NCBI GenBank assembly: GCA_965242725.1
Contig: CBDESZ010000025.1
Location: 192,001-256,000 of the forward strand
Source: Alkalispirochaeta sp.
GTDB taxonomy: Bacteria > Spirochaetota > Spirochaetia > DSM-27196 > Alkalispirochaetaceae
Length of the DNA stretch: 64,000 bases
Direction: 5' to 3'
The notes under the pieces: generated by a model
The model's input: only the letters and a program-made list of their open reading frames with translations
Told to the model about the DNA's origin: nothing
Databases searched by the model: none
Part shown: positions 20,227-29,890 of the stretch, piece by piece
Layout of the letters: each line of letters begins with the position of its first letter
Position numbering within the stretch: position 1 is the first letter of the stretch
Made by a program: the position numbers and the translations under genes

Positions 20227-20513
20227 AATGCACTCCTTTTAATAATTTAGAAAACGAAGTTTCGTGTACTATATTAATATTTCAGCGATGAAACGTCAAA
20301 CTCAGAAATTGGCTGAAAATGTCGGCGATTCAACCGTTGGTACGAGGAAAAGCGGGTGATTTCAGATCGGATTCTGATCGGTTTCATCGCGATCATAAAT
20401 AAAAAACATACGATCATAACAAATGATGTACGGGAAACATTGAATTCGTCCCGGCCGTGTGATTTAGTAAAAAGAATAATTTTGTGTTATACTTCCAGTA
20501 CTGGAAAAGGTAC

Positions 20514-21731
20514 ATGACAAATCGTCGACGCCCCGCGCACACCGTGCTTACCCTGGTTTTCATTGCGGGTATCACGACGATCTCGGCTCATGCGGAGGAA
20601 GCGGTGCTGCACCGGTTCCAATCGGCCGATCCCGATCCCCGGCTTGAAAATATCCTCTACCTCTCCGCCGGTGTCGCCCTCGTTGAGGCGGGGTATTCGA
20701 GCATCCGGGGGAACCCGGGGGATTCGGGTGTACAGGCGCGCTACCTCCTCGCGACGGAGTATCGCGTGGAGGGAAATACCGTAACCGTCACCTACGACTT
20801 TCGCTCCATGAGCGGCACGGAGTATTCCTCGACAACCCTTTCGGCAGGACTCGATGTCGGGCTGGATCAAAGGATTGCCGAAGAGATCGAACGGCTCATT
20901 TCTGCGGCGTCTCTGGCGGACGTGCCCTCCGATGATGCGAGAATATACGGTATCGGAATTACCGAAGGAAACGGTTCACCGACAACGACACCGGCGCCGG
21001 CCGGAACCGCGTCGGTTGGTGCCACGGGCGGCGGTGAAGATACTCGGCGCGTTCCGGACAAAGAGGCACCGACGGGACGGGATCGGACAACCGGCGGGGA
21101 CGACGAGACCGGATCGGTCGAGAATGCATCCGAGTCGTCACCTTCGTCCAATCGATCGCCGTCGGACGAAGATACGGAGCCGGACGCGGTCCGTACCGTA
21201 CCTGAATCCGTCGTACCGGAACAAACCACGTCGAGGCCGGTGTCGCGGCGGAACACCCCCTGGGATGTGACTATCCATGGTGGAGGGGCGTTCATCCTGG
21301 GAGACGCGGCGGATCTTCTTCAATACGGCGGGGGCGGTCGCTTTTCCCTGGGATATACGCCGCATCGGAACAGTCCGGGCATCTCCTACCGGGTCAACAC
21401 GGAAGTCTATCGATACCGTACCGTTCCGAATGTACGCGGCGGCGCCCTCTCAATTGTATCGGTGGCACCGGCGGTCGACGCGATTCTCTTCTCGTCTGAA
21501 GGGGCGTTCTTCGGCATCGAAGGATCGGCGGGTGTGGCGGTCATTTCAGTGACAACGTCGGAAAAACTCATGGCAAAGAGCGTTCCCTTTCTGGTGGTAT
21601 ATATGCACGGTGGTTTGTCCGTGACGCGACACCTCGTTGCCGGATTCGGCATCGGATGGAAGAGTATCTTTGAAGGGGGCATGATCATTCACGAGATCAT
21701 GCCGTCCCTGTCGTTGTCAGTTCCTTTTTGA
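20514..21731 (+). CDS. Exported hypothetical protein, possible outer-membrane beta-barrel C-terminus
   Basis: Signal peptide (AHA), Ser/Thr/Asp-rich linker, amphipathic beta strands, terminal Phe. Confidence 0.6.
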   Translation: MTNRRRPAHTVLTLVFIAGITTISAHAEEAVLHRFQSADPDPRLENILYLSAGVALVEAGYSSIRGNPGDSGVQARYLLATEYRVEGNTVTVTYDFRSMSGTEYSSTTLSAGLDVGLDQRIAEEIERLISAASLADVPSDDARIYGIGITEGNGSPTTTPAPAGTASVGATGGGEDTRRVPDKEAPTGRDRTTGGDDETGSVENASESSPSSNRSPSDEDTEPDAVRTVPESVVPEQTTSRPVSRRNTPWDVTIHGGGAFILGDAADLLQYGGGGRFSLGYTPHRNSPGISYRVNTEVYRYRTVPNVRGGALSIVSVAPAVDAILFSSEGAFFGIEGSAGVAVISVTTSEKLMAKSVPFLVVYMHGGLSVTRHLVAGFGIGWKSIFEGGMIIHEIMPSLSLSVPF

Positions 21732-21774
21732 TGTCCAGACGCCGATTCTTCGGCTCCGGCTGAAGGAGACGCCG

Positions 21775-23427
21775 TTACTGGCCGGTGATGTAGAGGGTGT
21801 ATTTGGCGTCGTCGGGATTGGCGGGCAGTGCGATGTTGGAGTCTATTCCGACGTAGACTGTTGATCCGGCGGTCAACCCGCTCCCAACCAAGGCGCCGTT
21901 TAAGGGTTCCCTGTCAGGCGATGGGTCATTGCTGGGATATGGACTACCCGATTGACCCTTCACGTAAAGGTCTCCGACATCGTTGGGTCCGTGCCATACG
22001 GCGTATGCCAGAACATTCGAAACACCATCACCGATGACCAGGCGAAATGTGTCCCATTCTGTATCCGGATCCGACTTGTCGTCATGCCAGCCGCGAATAA
22101 TAAGGGTTTGCCCTTTGGACAGGACGACATTCAAATTTTGGTAAATTGTCGGGGATGATATTTTAATACTTCCACTATTGTTGGCACCGTTCCCATCCGC
22201 TCCTTCCGAGTCCAGCACATACAGTTCCATCGGACCGTGGACATATACATTGTTTAAGGAATTCCCGTCGTCGCCGGCGGTCACGCGAAGCAGTATGTTG
22301 GAATGACCGTAGAAGGGCCAGGACGTGACGGCGAGTTCCGATGCGCCGATCGTCGTGCTGCCGCCGGTGGAGAGCGGGGCTATCATACCGGATCCCAGGG
22401 AAAGGTCGTCGCTACCGATGACGGTATCGCTGCTTAAATATGCTTCCCAAACGACGTTCTTTCTGCCATTGCCCGTCCCTTCGTTGCGGATGGTAAAGCT
22501 GCCCCCGATTCCGGTTGTCCCTTCCGCCTCCGACGGAAAGGTGCTTGCAGAAAACGCATAGTCCGGTGGGTCGCCGACTCTGAATCCGCCCTTCGACACC
22601 ACTGAAGCAACCGGGTCATCCGGGGAGGTGACTTTGATGATGAGGTAGTATTCGCCTGCTGAGGCCGGCCATGTCGCGCCGGTCAGGTAGATATCCTCGT
22701 GAGAACCGTTTGCGCTAAGCGGAGTAAGGGTACCTGAGGTAACCGTTTCCTCCACACTCGGCGTATCGTCAAGGGATACATAAGCCGTCCAGGTGATGTC
22801 TTCACCACCAGCGGCTCCCGCATTGGTGACACTGATTTGTTCGTCAATCGTGCTTCCTGTGGTGACGTACGGTTGGTACTGGGTGATTTCATAGACGCGA
22901 TAATCCGGAACGGATGCACCCGGACTTGTTACGTCGACGAAATTGGTGCTTGCCCGGACGTTGTTGGTCGTACGTGCCTCGTCGGGAGCCTGAACCCGGA
23001 CGATAACGTAGTATTGTCCCGTATCATGCCAGGTGCCTTCAATCTGAATTTCGCCGGAAAATGTACCCGCCTCAAGAGCCGGCCACTGCCCGGAGTCAAT
23101 GAGAATATCTTCACCGCTATACGCGCTGTCGGCGGAGAGGTATGCCCACCAGTTCACGGAGACCGTCCCGTTATCTTCACCGATGTTTTGCAGAATAAAC
23201 GTGTCGGAAAGGGCATCTCCCGAGGTTGCGGATCCGCCTCCCGCCGGCGGGGTGGAAACGATGTAGTCTGCGTTCACCAGGTCGATATTGACTGAACCGG
23301 ACCGGCTGCTTTCAGTCGTGACGAGAATGTCTTCCAGCTGAAAGGGCTGCACACACGCGACACCCGTGGCGGCGATAGCCACCATCGCGGCGAAACGTGC
23401 TTTTTTACCGATCAACAACAATGACAC
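21775..23427 (-). CDS. Surface lipoprotein with three CARDB/Ig-like repeats
   Basis: Lipobox-like GVAC; repeated xxNxG...WxAY(L/V)SxD...SG units; start approximate. Confidence 0.65.
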   Translation of the reverse strand: MSLLLIGKKARFAAMVAIAATGVACVQPFQLEDILVTTESSRSGSVNIDLVNADYIVSTPPAGGGSATSGDALSDTFILQNIGEDNGTVSVNWWAYLSADSAYSGEDILIDSGQWPALEAGTFSGEIQIEGTWHDTGQYYVIVRVQAPDEARTTNNVRASTNFVDVTSPGASVPDYRVYEITQYQPYVTTGSTIDEQISVTNAGAAGGEDITWTAYVSLDDTPSVEETVTSGTLTPLSANGSHEDIYLTGATWPASAGEYYLIIKVTSPDDPVASVVSKGGFRVGDPPDYAFSASTFPSEAEGTTGIGGSFTIRNEGTGNGRKNVVWEAYLSSDTVIGSDDLSLGSGMIAPLSTGGSTTIGASELAVTSWPFYGHSNILLRVTAGDDGNSLNNVYVHGPMELYVLDSEGADGNGANNSGSIKISSPTIYQNLNVVLSKGQTLIIRGWHDDKSDPDTEWDTFRLVIGDGVSNVLAYAVWHGPNDVGDLYVKGQSGSPYPSNDPSPDREPLNGALVGSGLTAGSTVYVGIDSNIALPANPDDAKYTLYITGQ

Positions 23428-23551
23428 CCGACACCCTTTTCCCTTGGCCAAGGAATGAACGCATTCGACGCCTTCCACAGGAGAAGAATGATACATTTCG
23501 ACGAAATTACCGGTCGTCCGTATAATAACACGGCGTCCGCAGGATATCCGT

Positions 23552-24598
23552 CTATCGTCCCGTCCCCGTCTCGGAATCGCTTGAAATCCGCGTCAGACTG
23601 TCCTGGAGAAGGGAAATGAGGCGCCTGCCGTACCCTCCGGCGGAGTCACCGCTGGATCGGGCGTTCAGGGGGACCTCAAGTTCCGCGGCGATCGCTTCTA
23701 TCGCCTCCGATGCTTCGGCGTAGGCCTCCCGTCGTCCCGCCTGCCGGGCCCGTACCTCCACCGTCGCAATGTACTCGTCCAGGCGGTCAACGAGGTCGGG
23801 ATACTCCCGCCTGATTTCCGGTGAGGTAATGACGGCTCGCACAACTGCACGGGTGGCGATCATGTTAAGTGTCGTCTCTCCTCCCGCCGGTAGCGTCTCC
23901 GACGGGGCGTCATCGTCCGTCGGTAATCGTGATGGAAGGCGGGCGATCGTCTCATTGATCCGCGTCTCGAGGGCTGCCCGTCGTGCCTCCGATTCCTCAA
24001 GGGCGACAATCAGCTGCCGCTGTGTCTCTTCGGACCGGGATAGACGTTCTTCCATCACATCGATTTCCCGACGGAGCAGGGTTGTAACGGGAGAATCGTT
24101 TCGCTGAGGCGTGTCCGCCGGTGACGACCGGGCTATCCCCGTTGTCGTACCCCCGCTGGCGGTGGACGGTATCTGTGTCTCCCGATTCTGAAGGAGTGTG
24201 GGATTGACCACTTCGATCCGGTCCTGCAGCAGGCTTTTCCGCTGCGCCTCCGCTTCTGCAAGCTGTCGTTCCAGATCCCGTATTGCCGATTCGTCGGAGG
24301 CGGTACCGCCCTGGGCGAGCAGGCGGGCGTACTGGCGACGGAGAGAGGCGATTTCCTGCTCCTTCTCTTTCAATTGCGCATCGGTCTGGGACTTGAGCTC
24401 CTGGAGGAGATTCCACTCCATCGTGAGGTAGCGGCTTCCCGCTGCGGTTTGTACGGTTATATCGTTCTGATAGGAGGTGAACGCCCACCACAGGACAGCC
24501 GCCGTCGCGACGGCGAGGACGACGTTTGAGATGATGGGCCCCCGCATCTCATGGCGGGACGGCTGAAACTCGATGTGACGATTCCGGTTATCCTGCAT
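23552..24598 (-). CDS. Membrane-anchored coiled-coil hypothetical protein
   Basis: One N-terminal TM helix, long Glu/Gln/Arg-rich heptad segments. Confidence 0.65.
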   Translation of the reverse strand: MQDNRNRHIEFQPSRHEMRGPIISNVVLAVATAAVLWWAFTSYQNDITVQTAAGSRYLTMEWNLLQELKSQTDAQLKEKEQEIASLRRQYARLLAQGGTASDESAIRDLERQLAEAEAQRKSLLQDRIEVVNPTLLQNRETQIPSTASGGTTTGIARSSPADTPQRNDSPVTTLLRREIDVMEERLSRSEETQRQLIVALEESEARRAALETRINETIARLPSRLPTDDDAPSETLPAGGETTLNMIATRAVVRAVITSPEIRREYPDLVDRLDEYIATVEVRARQAGRREAYAEASEAIEAIAAELEVPLNARSSGDSAGGYGRRLISLLQDSLTRISSDSETGTGR

Positions 24599-24627
24599 CT
24601 GCCTTTCCGATGTGTTACAGTTTTGAT

Positions 24628-25998
24628 GTGGAAAAGACCGTCGGGCTGCGAACAAAACTGTATGTAATGATCTTACCACTAATACTGGCGGTCGTCATGG
24701 TCAGCGGGGTGCTATCGTCTCTCGCCTCGCGTTCGGCCCTGACGCCTCTTGCGACGCGCCTCCTCGCCTACAAGGCGGAACAGCTGAGGGACTTTGTCTA
24801 CAGCGAGTGGGAAACGATAGAAGACCTCGGCCTTGCAGGTAACGCGGATTATATAATTGCCGCGGAAGAGTCTTTTCGATCCTATGCGTCATCGCTCCTG
24901 CGGACCGACACGGAGCTCATTGTCGTTGTCGGCAGGGATGGTGAGACGGTGATGACCGTAGGCGCCCGGGAGCCGGAGGAATCGGAGGTGACGCGGCCTT
25001 TAGCGGCGGGGTGGTTCTCGGGAACCCTTCTGGGAGAGGAGCGGGTGGGAATGGTCTTTTCCGTGGAACCCTACGGATGGGACGTCGCCCTCACGGAACT
25101 CCGGGCGGTATTTTTTACCGATGCCCGGGAGATTTTTCGGACCCACATCGTCGTATCCATCGGTGCCGTTCTCCTTGTGACGATTCTGGTGTGGCTCTTC
25201 GTGGGGTTCCTGGTAAAGCCGGTCGAGCGTCTTACAACGATCATTTCGCGGATCACCGCGACTCAGGATCTCTCCCAGCGAGTATCCATAGAGTCTTCCG
25301 ATGAGGTTGGACTGCTTGGATATGAGTTCAACAATATGATCTCCTTTCTCGAGAGTTCCTACGAGGAACTGGATCAGGCGATGCAGGCTGAGTCGGTCGC
25401 CCGTGCGACGGCGGTCATGCGTGAAGAGGAAACCCTTCTCATGCTGGCCCGGGCGTCGGAGTTTCGTGATCGGGACACCGGCGATCATCTCAATCGTATT
25501 GCAGTACTTACCGAGGCGATGGCGCGCTACCTGGAAATGGACGACGACGAGGTGGACCTCCTGCGCCGCGCATCGGCCCTTCATGACATCGGTAAAATCG
25601 GAATACCCGACAGCATTCTCCTGAAACCGGGCAGGTTGACGGAAGAAGAGTTTGAACACATGAAGCGTCATACTACGATCGGGTATCAGCTTCTGAAAGA
25701 CGCAAAAAGTACCTATCTCGTAAAGGGCGCGGAAATCGCCCTTTCCCACCATGAGAAGTGGGACGGCACGGGCTATCCCGCCGGCATATCCGGCGCCGAT
25801 ATCCCGCTATCGGGCAGGATTGTCAGCGTTGTCGATGTCTTTGACGCCCTCACGTCCGACAGGCCCTACAAGGAGGCGTGGTCGCCTGAACGGGCGCGGG
25901 ATCTTATCGGGGACGGGCGGGGCAGGCATTTTGATCCGCAGTTGGCGGACCTCTTCCTGGACCATTTTCCGGAGCTGGTTGCGCTGATACAGCGGTGA
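24628..25998 (+). CDS. HAMP + HD-GYP c-di-GMP phosphodiesterase
   Basis: Two TM segments, HAMP, HDIGK, HHEKWDGTGYP, DVFDALTSDRPYK. Confidence 0.92.
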   Translation: MEKTVGLRTKLYVMILPLILAVVMVSGVLSSLASRSALTPLATRLLAYKAEQLRDFVYSEWETIEDLGLAGNADYIIAAEESFRSYASSLLRTDTELIVVVGRDGETVMTVGAREPEESEVTRPLAAGWFSGTLLGEERVGMVFSVEPYGWDVALTELRAVFFTDAREIFRTHIVVSIGAVLLVTILVWLFVGFLVKPVERLTTIISRITATQDLSQRVSIESSDEVGLLGYEFNNMISFLESSYEELDQAMQAESVARATAVMREEETLLMLARASEFRDRDTGDHLNRIAVLTEAMARYLEMDDDEVDLLRRASALHDIGKIGIPDSILLKPGRLTEEEFEHMKRHTTIGYQLLKDAKSTYLVKGAEIALSHHEKWDGTGYPAGISGADIPLSGRIVSVVDVFDALTSDRPYKEAWSPERARDLIGDGRGRHFDPQLADLFLDHFPELVALIQR

Positions 25999-26049
25999 GA
26001 CTTTGCGCCCCCGCCGAACGTCGATGTTGGTCGTGTACGATCGTCCGGT

Positions 26050-27123
26050 TCACTCTCCATGGTATCCCCTGTCGGCGGCTTCCCTGCCGGCAAAGGCGCG
26101 ATACCTCTCCACGTCATAGGGATAGTCCCAGCACCCCCGTCGCGTAATGTGCTCCCCGCCGAAGCCTTCCTTGAATCTGAGCAGGCCGTGCATGGGGTGT
26201 CCCGGACGACGGTCCGGAGGAATCCCGTAGAGGTCATAGCGGTGAGCACCGAGGCGCTTCGCCGCCTCCATCGCCCGCCACTGCAGGAGGTAGGTGGCCA
26301 TCGCATCCCGTTCCTCGCCGGCGGAGGCGCCGTAGAGGTACATGCCGTAGTTTCCGCTTACCGCGAGAACCATCCCCGCCAGCGTCTTTCCGTCCTTTTC
26401 GGCGAGAAGAAGGCGAACATTGTGTCGGTGGACAGGTTCTCCCGGGCGAACCGTCGCAACCGATGTGTTTCTCGCCGCCCGGAACAGGCTCCTGAAGTGG
26501 CGTGCGGCGTGGACCGGCTTGTGGTGACGTTCAAGTGTCCGTCGGTAGAGGTCGTACCATTCGTCAAATCGCCTGGGCGATGCCGGATGGACGCGTACGC
26601 CCTTCCTGAGGGAGAGGCCGATGTTATACCTCGTCTTTCCTTTCATTCTGGACAGTAATTGTTCCGGCGGAGAGTCCAGATCGATCACGAGGGTGTCCAC
26701 CGGCTGCATATCCGTTGGAGCCTTTCTCAGACGGTGGTTGCGGGTTCCAAAGTTCATTTCCAGCTCCATCGTCTCCGGCGAGGGACGGTCCCCGTCCCGC
26801 CCCTGCCACGGGCTGAGCCAGGGTAGATCGTACCGGATGAAGATGCAGTCCTCCGGTAGATGGGGGCGCAACGCTTCGGAAAACATCTCAAGAAAAATTC
26901 CGTTTTCCGGGGCCTCCTGCGGCTGAGGCCCCCACGGCACGAGTGCATACGTTGCGTCGGGTCCGAAGCGGTGGATGAGCAGCAGGATCGTTCCCGCATC
27001 GGATGTTGCAAAGGCGCGGGATTCCGTTGCGCTGCTGCGTTTGGCAAGCGCCCAGAGACGGCTCTGCATGAGGTTATTGTGCGTCACGATTCTGTTGAGT
27101 GGAATGGGAACGACCTCGGACAT
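26050..27123 (-). CDS. FemAB/FemX family peptidoglycan bridge aminoacyltransferase
   Basis: KTRYNI, YLYGAS, YLLQWRAM..AK..G...YDLYG, GL.RFKEGFGG. Confidence 0.88.
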   Translation of the reverse strand: MSEVVPIPLNRIVTHNNLMQSRLWALAKRSSATESRAFATSDAGTILLLIHRFGPDATYALVPWGPQPQEAPENGIFLEMFSEALRPHLPEDCIFIRYDLPWLSPWQGRDGDRPSPETMELEMNFGTRNHRLRKAPTDMQPVDTLVIDLDSPPEQLLSRMKGKTRYNIGLSLRKGVRVHPASPRRFDEWYDLYRRTLERHHKPVHAARHFRSLFRAARNTSVATVRPGEPVHRHNVRLLLAEKDGKTLAGMVLAVSGNYGMYLYGASAGEERDAMATYLLQWRAMEAAKRLGAHRYDLYGIPPDRRPGHPMHGLLRFKEGFGGEHITRRGCWDYPYDVERYRAFAGREAADRGYHGE

Positions 27124-27144
27124 GGAAATCAGTATATCAAATCG

Positions 27145-28041
27145 TTATCCTGCTCCGATACTCCGTTTCCATTCCGACGGAGACTGTCCCGTCTTTCGTT
27201 TGAATATTCGGGAAAAGTAGTACTGGTTTTCGAATTTCATGATGGCGGCCACTTCCTTGACCGAGAGGTGAGGGTCCTGCAGGAGCTCCTTTGCCCTGAG
27301 GATGCGCATCTGGAGAAAGTACTGATACGGCGTCAATCCCGTGTACTTGCGAAATACGCCCAACAGATGGGTATAGCCGACGCCGAGTTTTTTAGCGATG
27401 TGGGGTACCTCGATTCCATCGTCAATATGCCGCTGCATGAGGGATCTCACCTTCTGAACGAGCTCGCTGTCACCGACGGCCGTACGGGAGGTGGTCTCAA
27501 TTGAATGGATATGTGCGAGGAGCTGCAGGACGATTGCGCCGAGACGCACCTGGAATCCCGGCGGTTGCTGGCGGCAGAGCCGGACGATCTGCTCATAATC
27601 GGCCATGACTTCCTGATTGAGACCGATGTGATGGACCGCCTGTTCCGGCGTGAAGAGCCCGTTGTGCCACAGGCGATAGGCGTGGTCACCGGAAAACCCG
27701 ACCCAGTACTCCTGCCAGCCCGTTTCACGTGACGGGCGATACGCGTGGCGTACGCCGGGAAAGAGGAGCATCACGTCGCCGGCTCTGACCTCAACGCTTC
27801 CCATTCGCTCGCCCTCAAAATACCCGCGTCCGGCGGTGATATAGACCGCCTGAAACTCCTGAAGAATCCGCCCGGTGACCACCGTTGCAGCGTAGTCCTT
27901 GGGATGATCTTCCGGGACGAGGGGATACCTGGCACCCGGCGGGACGTGAGAGTAGCCTGCGTCGTTGCAGTGTATTTCCCAGCGGAGAGCTTCCGCGTTG
28001 ACCGGCAGGTATCTCGAAAAGTTATCCCGTTTGTAGGTCAC
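27145..28041 (-). CDS. AraC family transcriptional regulator (divergent from rhamnose cluster)
   Basis: Cupin N-terminus; C-terminal HTH (FENQYYFSRIFKRKTGQSPSEW). Confidence 0.92.
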   Translation of the reverse strand: MTYKRDNFSRYLPVNAEALRWEIHCNDAGYSHVPPGARYPLVPEDHPKDYAATVVTGRILQEFQAVYITAGRGYFEGERMGSVEVRAGDVMLLFPGVRHAYRPSRETGWQEYWVGFSGDHAYRLWHNGLFTPEQAVHHIGLNQEVMADYEQIVRLCRQQPPGFQVRLGAIVLQLLAHIHSIETTSRTAVGDSELVQKVRSLMQRHIDDGIEVPHIAKKLGVGYTHLLGVFRKYTGLTPYQYFLQMRILRAKELLQDPHLSVKEVAAIMKFENQYYFSRIFKRKTGQSPSEWKRSIGAG

Positions 28042-28134
28042 AAAATAAAGTATATCACATTTTATTTTTTGTCCATTTCGGGATTCCAGAAGTGGGTGTA
28101 GCGTACATATGCAGGAGCGGGAGGGAGTGTAGAT

Positions 28135-29559
28135 ATGACGGAATCTTTAAAAGCCGGTGTTTTCGGCATCGGATTGGACACCTATTGGCCGCAATTTCCC
28201 GGGCTCAAGGGGCGATTGGAGGGATATCAGCAGGAAATCGCTAAACAGATTGTTTCATTTGGCGATGTCGATCTCATTGATGCCGGCCTGGTAGATAATC
28301 CGGAACGTGCCCGTACGGTGGGTTCTCTTTTTCGTCAGCAGCACGTTGACGTAATTTTTTTGTATATCTCTACCTACGCTCTTTCCTCAACGGTGCTGCC
28401 GATTGCCCAGGAAGCGGGGGTGCCGATCATCGTTCTCAACATTCAGCCCGTCGCCGCCATCGACTATGATTCCTTTAACGCCCTGGGCGACCGGGGGAAA
28501 ATGACCGGCGAGTGGCTGGCCCATTGTCAGGCGTGCTGCGTCCCGGAAATAGCAGGTGTCTTCAAACGGGCGGGTATCGAGTATCACCTCGTGACGGGAT
28601 TTCTCGGTGACGATGAAACCAATCGACACCTGGAAGAGTGGGTTGCCGCCGCGAAGACCGCCAGGACGATGCGGGGAAACCGACTCGGCGTCATGGGGCA
28701 TTACTACGCCGGCATGCTCGACGTCTATACGGATATGACCAAACAGATTGCATCCTTTGGTGGTCATATTGACCTCATTGAAATCGATGAGCTTGCGGAA
28801 CTGCGTTCATCTGTCACCGATGCGGACGTGCAGAAGAAAGTCGCCGAGTTTCACTCCTCCTTCGAAGTCTCTCCGGAGTGTGACGATGCCGAAATCGATA
28901 GAGCGGCGAAGACTTCGGTTGCCCTGGACAAGCTCGCCGCACGTCATCGTCTGGGATCACTTGCATACTACTATGAGGGTGCCCCGGGTTCGGACCACGA
29001 AGATATCGTCACATCGGTGATCGCAGGAAACACGCTGTTGACGGGGAAACACATACCGGTGGCGGGGGAGTGTGAAATCAAGAACGCCCAGGCAATGAAA
29101 ATCATGGACTCCCTGGGCGCCGGCGGGTCTTTTTCGGAATTTTACGCAATGGATTTTCACGACGATGTGGTACTCCTGGGTCACGACGGTCCCGCCCATT
29201 TCGCCATCGCCGAGGGACGGGTGGGGCTGGTTCCCCTCCCGGTATACCACGGTAAGCCGGGAAAGGGACTGTCCATTCAAATGACGGTGAAACACGGACC
29301 GGTGACGCTGCTTTCGGTTTGCGAGAGCCCGGAAGGGGTGTACATGATCGTCGCCGAGGGTGAAAGCGTTCCCGGGCCGGTCCTGCATATCGGGAATACA
29401 AACAGCCGGTATCGTTTCAGTCTCCCCGCACGGGAGTTTGTCGAGGCGTGGTCAAAACTGGGACCCTCACACCACTGCGCCATCGGCATCGGCCATGTGG
29501 CCGATCGTATCGCCAAGCTGGGCGCCCTTATCGGCGTGCTGGTGACGCGGGTCTGTTGA
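28135..29559 (+). CDS. L-fucose/L-arabinose isomerase family protein
   Basis: GECE, GHDGP, GPSHHCAIG motifs; first gene of sugar operon. Confidence 0.8.
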   Translation: MTESLKAGVFGIGLDTYWPQFPGLKGRLEGYQQEIAKQIVSFGDVDLIDAGLVDNPERARTVGSLFRQQHVDVIFLYISTYALSSTVLPIAQEAGVPIIVLNIQPVAAIDYDSFNALGDRGKMTGEWLAHCQACCVPEIAGVFKRAGIEYHLVTGFLGDDETNRHLEEWVAAAKTARTMRGNRLGVMGHYYAGMLDVYTDMTKQIASFGGHIDLIEIDELAELRSSVTDADVQKKVAEFHSSFEVSPECDDAEIDRAAKTSVALDKLAARHRLGSLAYYYEGAPGSDHEDIVTSVIAGNTLLTGKHIPVAGECEIKNAQAMKIMDSLGAGGSFSEFYAMDFHDDVVLLGHDGPAHFAIAEGRVGLVPLPVYHGKPGKGLSIQMTVKHGPVTLLSVCESPEGVYMIVAEGESVPGPVLHIGNTNSRYRFSLPAREFVEAWSKLGPSHHCAIGIGHVADRIAKLGALIGVLVTRVC

Positions 29560-29573
29560 TGAAGGAGGATCAT

Positions 29574-29888
29574 ATGGTGCGAAAGGGATTCGCAATGCAA
29601 CTGAAGCCGGGAAATGTCGAGGAGTACCGGAAGCGGCACGATGAAATCTGGCCGGAGCTGGTGAAGGAACTTGGAGGCGCCGGTGTTCGTGACTACGTCA
29701 TTTATCTTGATCCGCGTACGGATACCCTCTACGCGAGTCAGAAACTGACGGAGGAAAACACCGCGGATCGTCTCGCCGGGACGGAGATCATGCGCAAATG
29801 GTGGGATCACATGGCGGACATCATGGAAACCAACAGTGACAACTCGCCCAAAGTCTACGAGCTTGAAGAGATGTTTTATCTGGAATAG
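29574..29888 (+). CDS. rhaM: L-rhamnose mutarotase
   Basis: EYRKRHDEIWPEL, KWWDHMADIMETN; AAGGAGG RBS. Confidence 0.93.
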   Translation: MVRKGFAMQLKPGNVEEYRKRHDEIWPELVKELGGAGVRDYVIYLDPRTDTLYASQKLTEENTADRLAGTEIMRKWWDHMADIMETNSDNSPKVYELEEMFYLE

Positions 29889-29890
29889 GC

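Noticed and set aside
26050..27123. FemX-like gene as a foreign Gram-positive acquisition
   Set aside because: Spirochaete peptidoglycan with Orn-Gly bridges makes such an enzyme expected; composition looks like its neighbours
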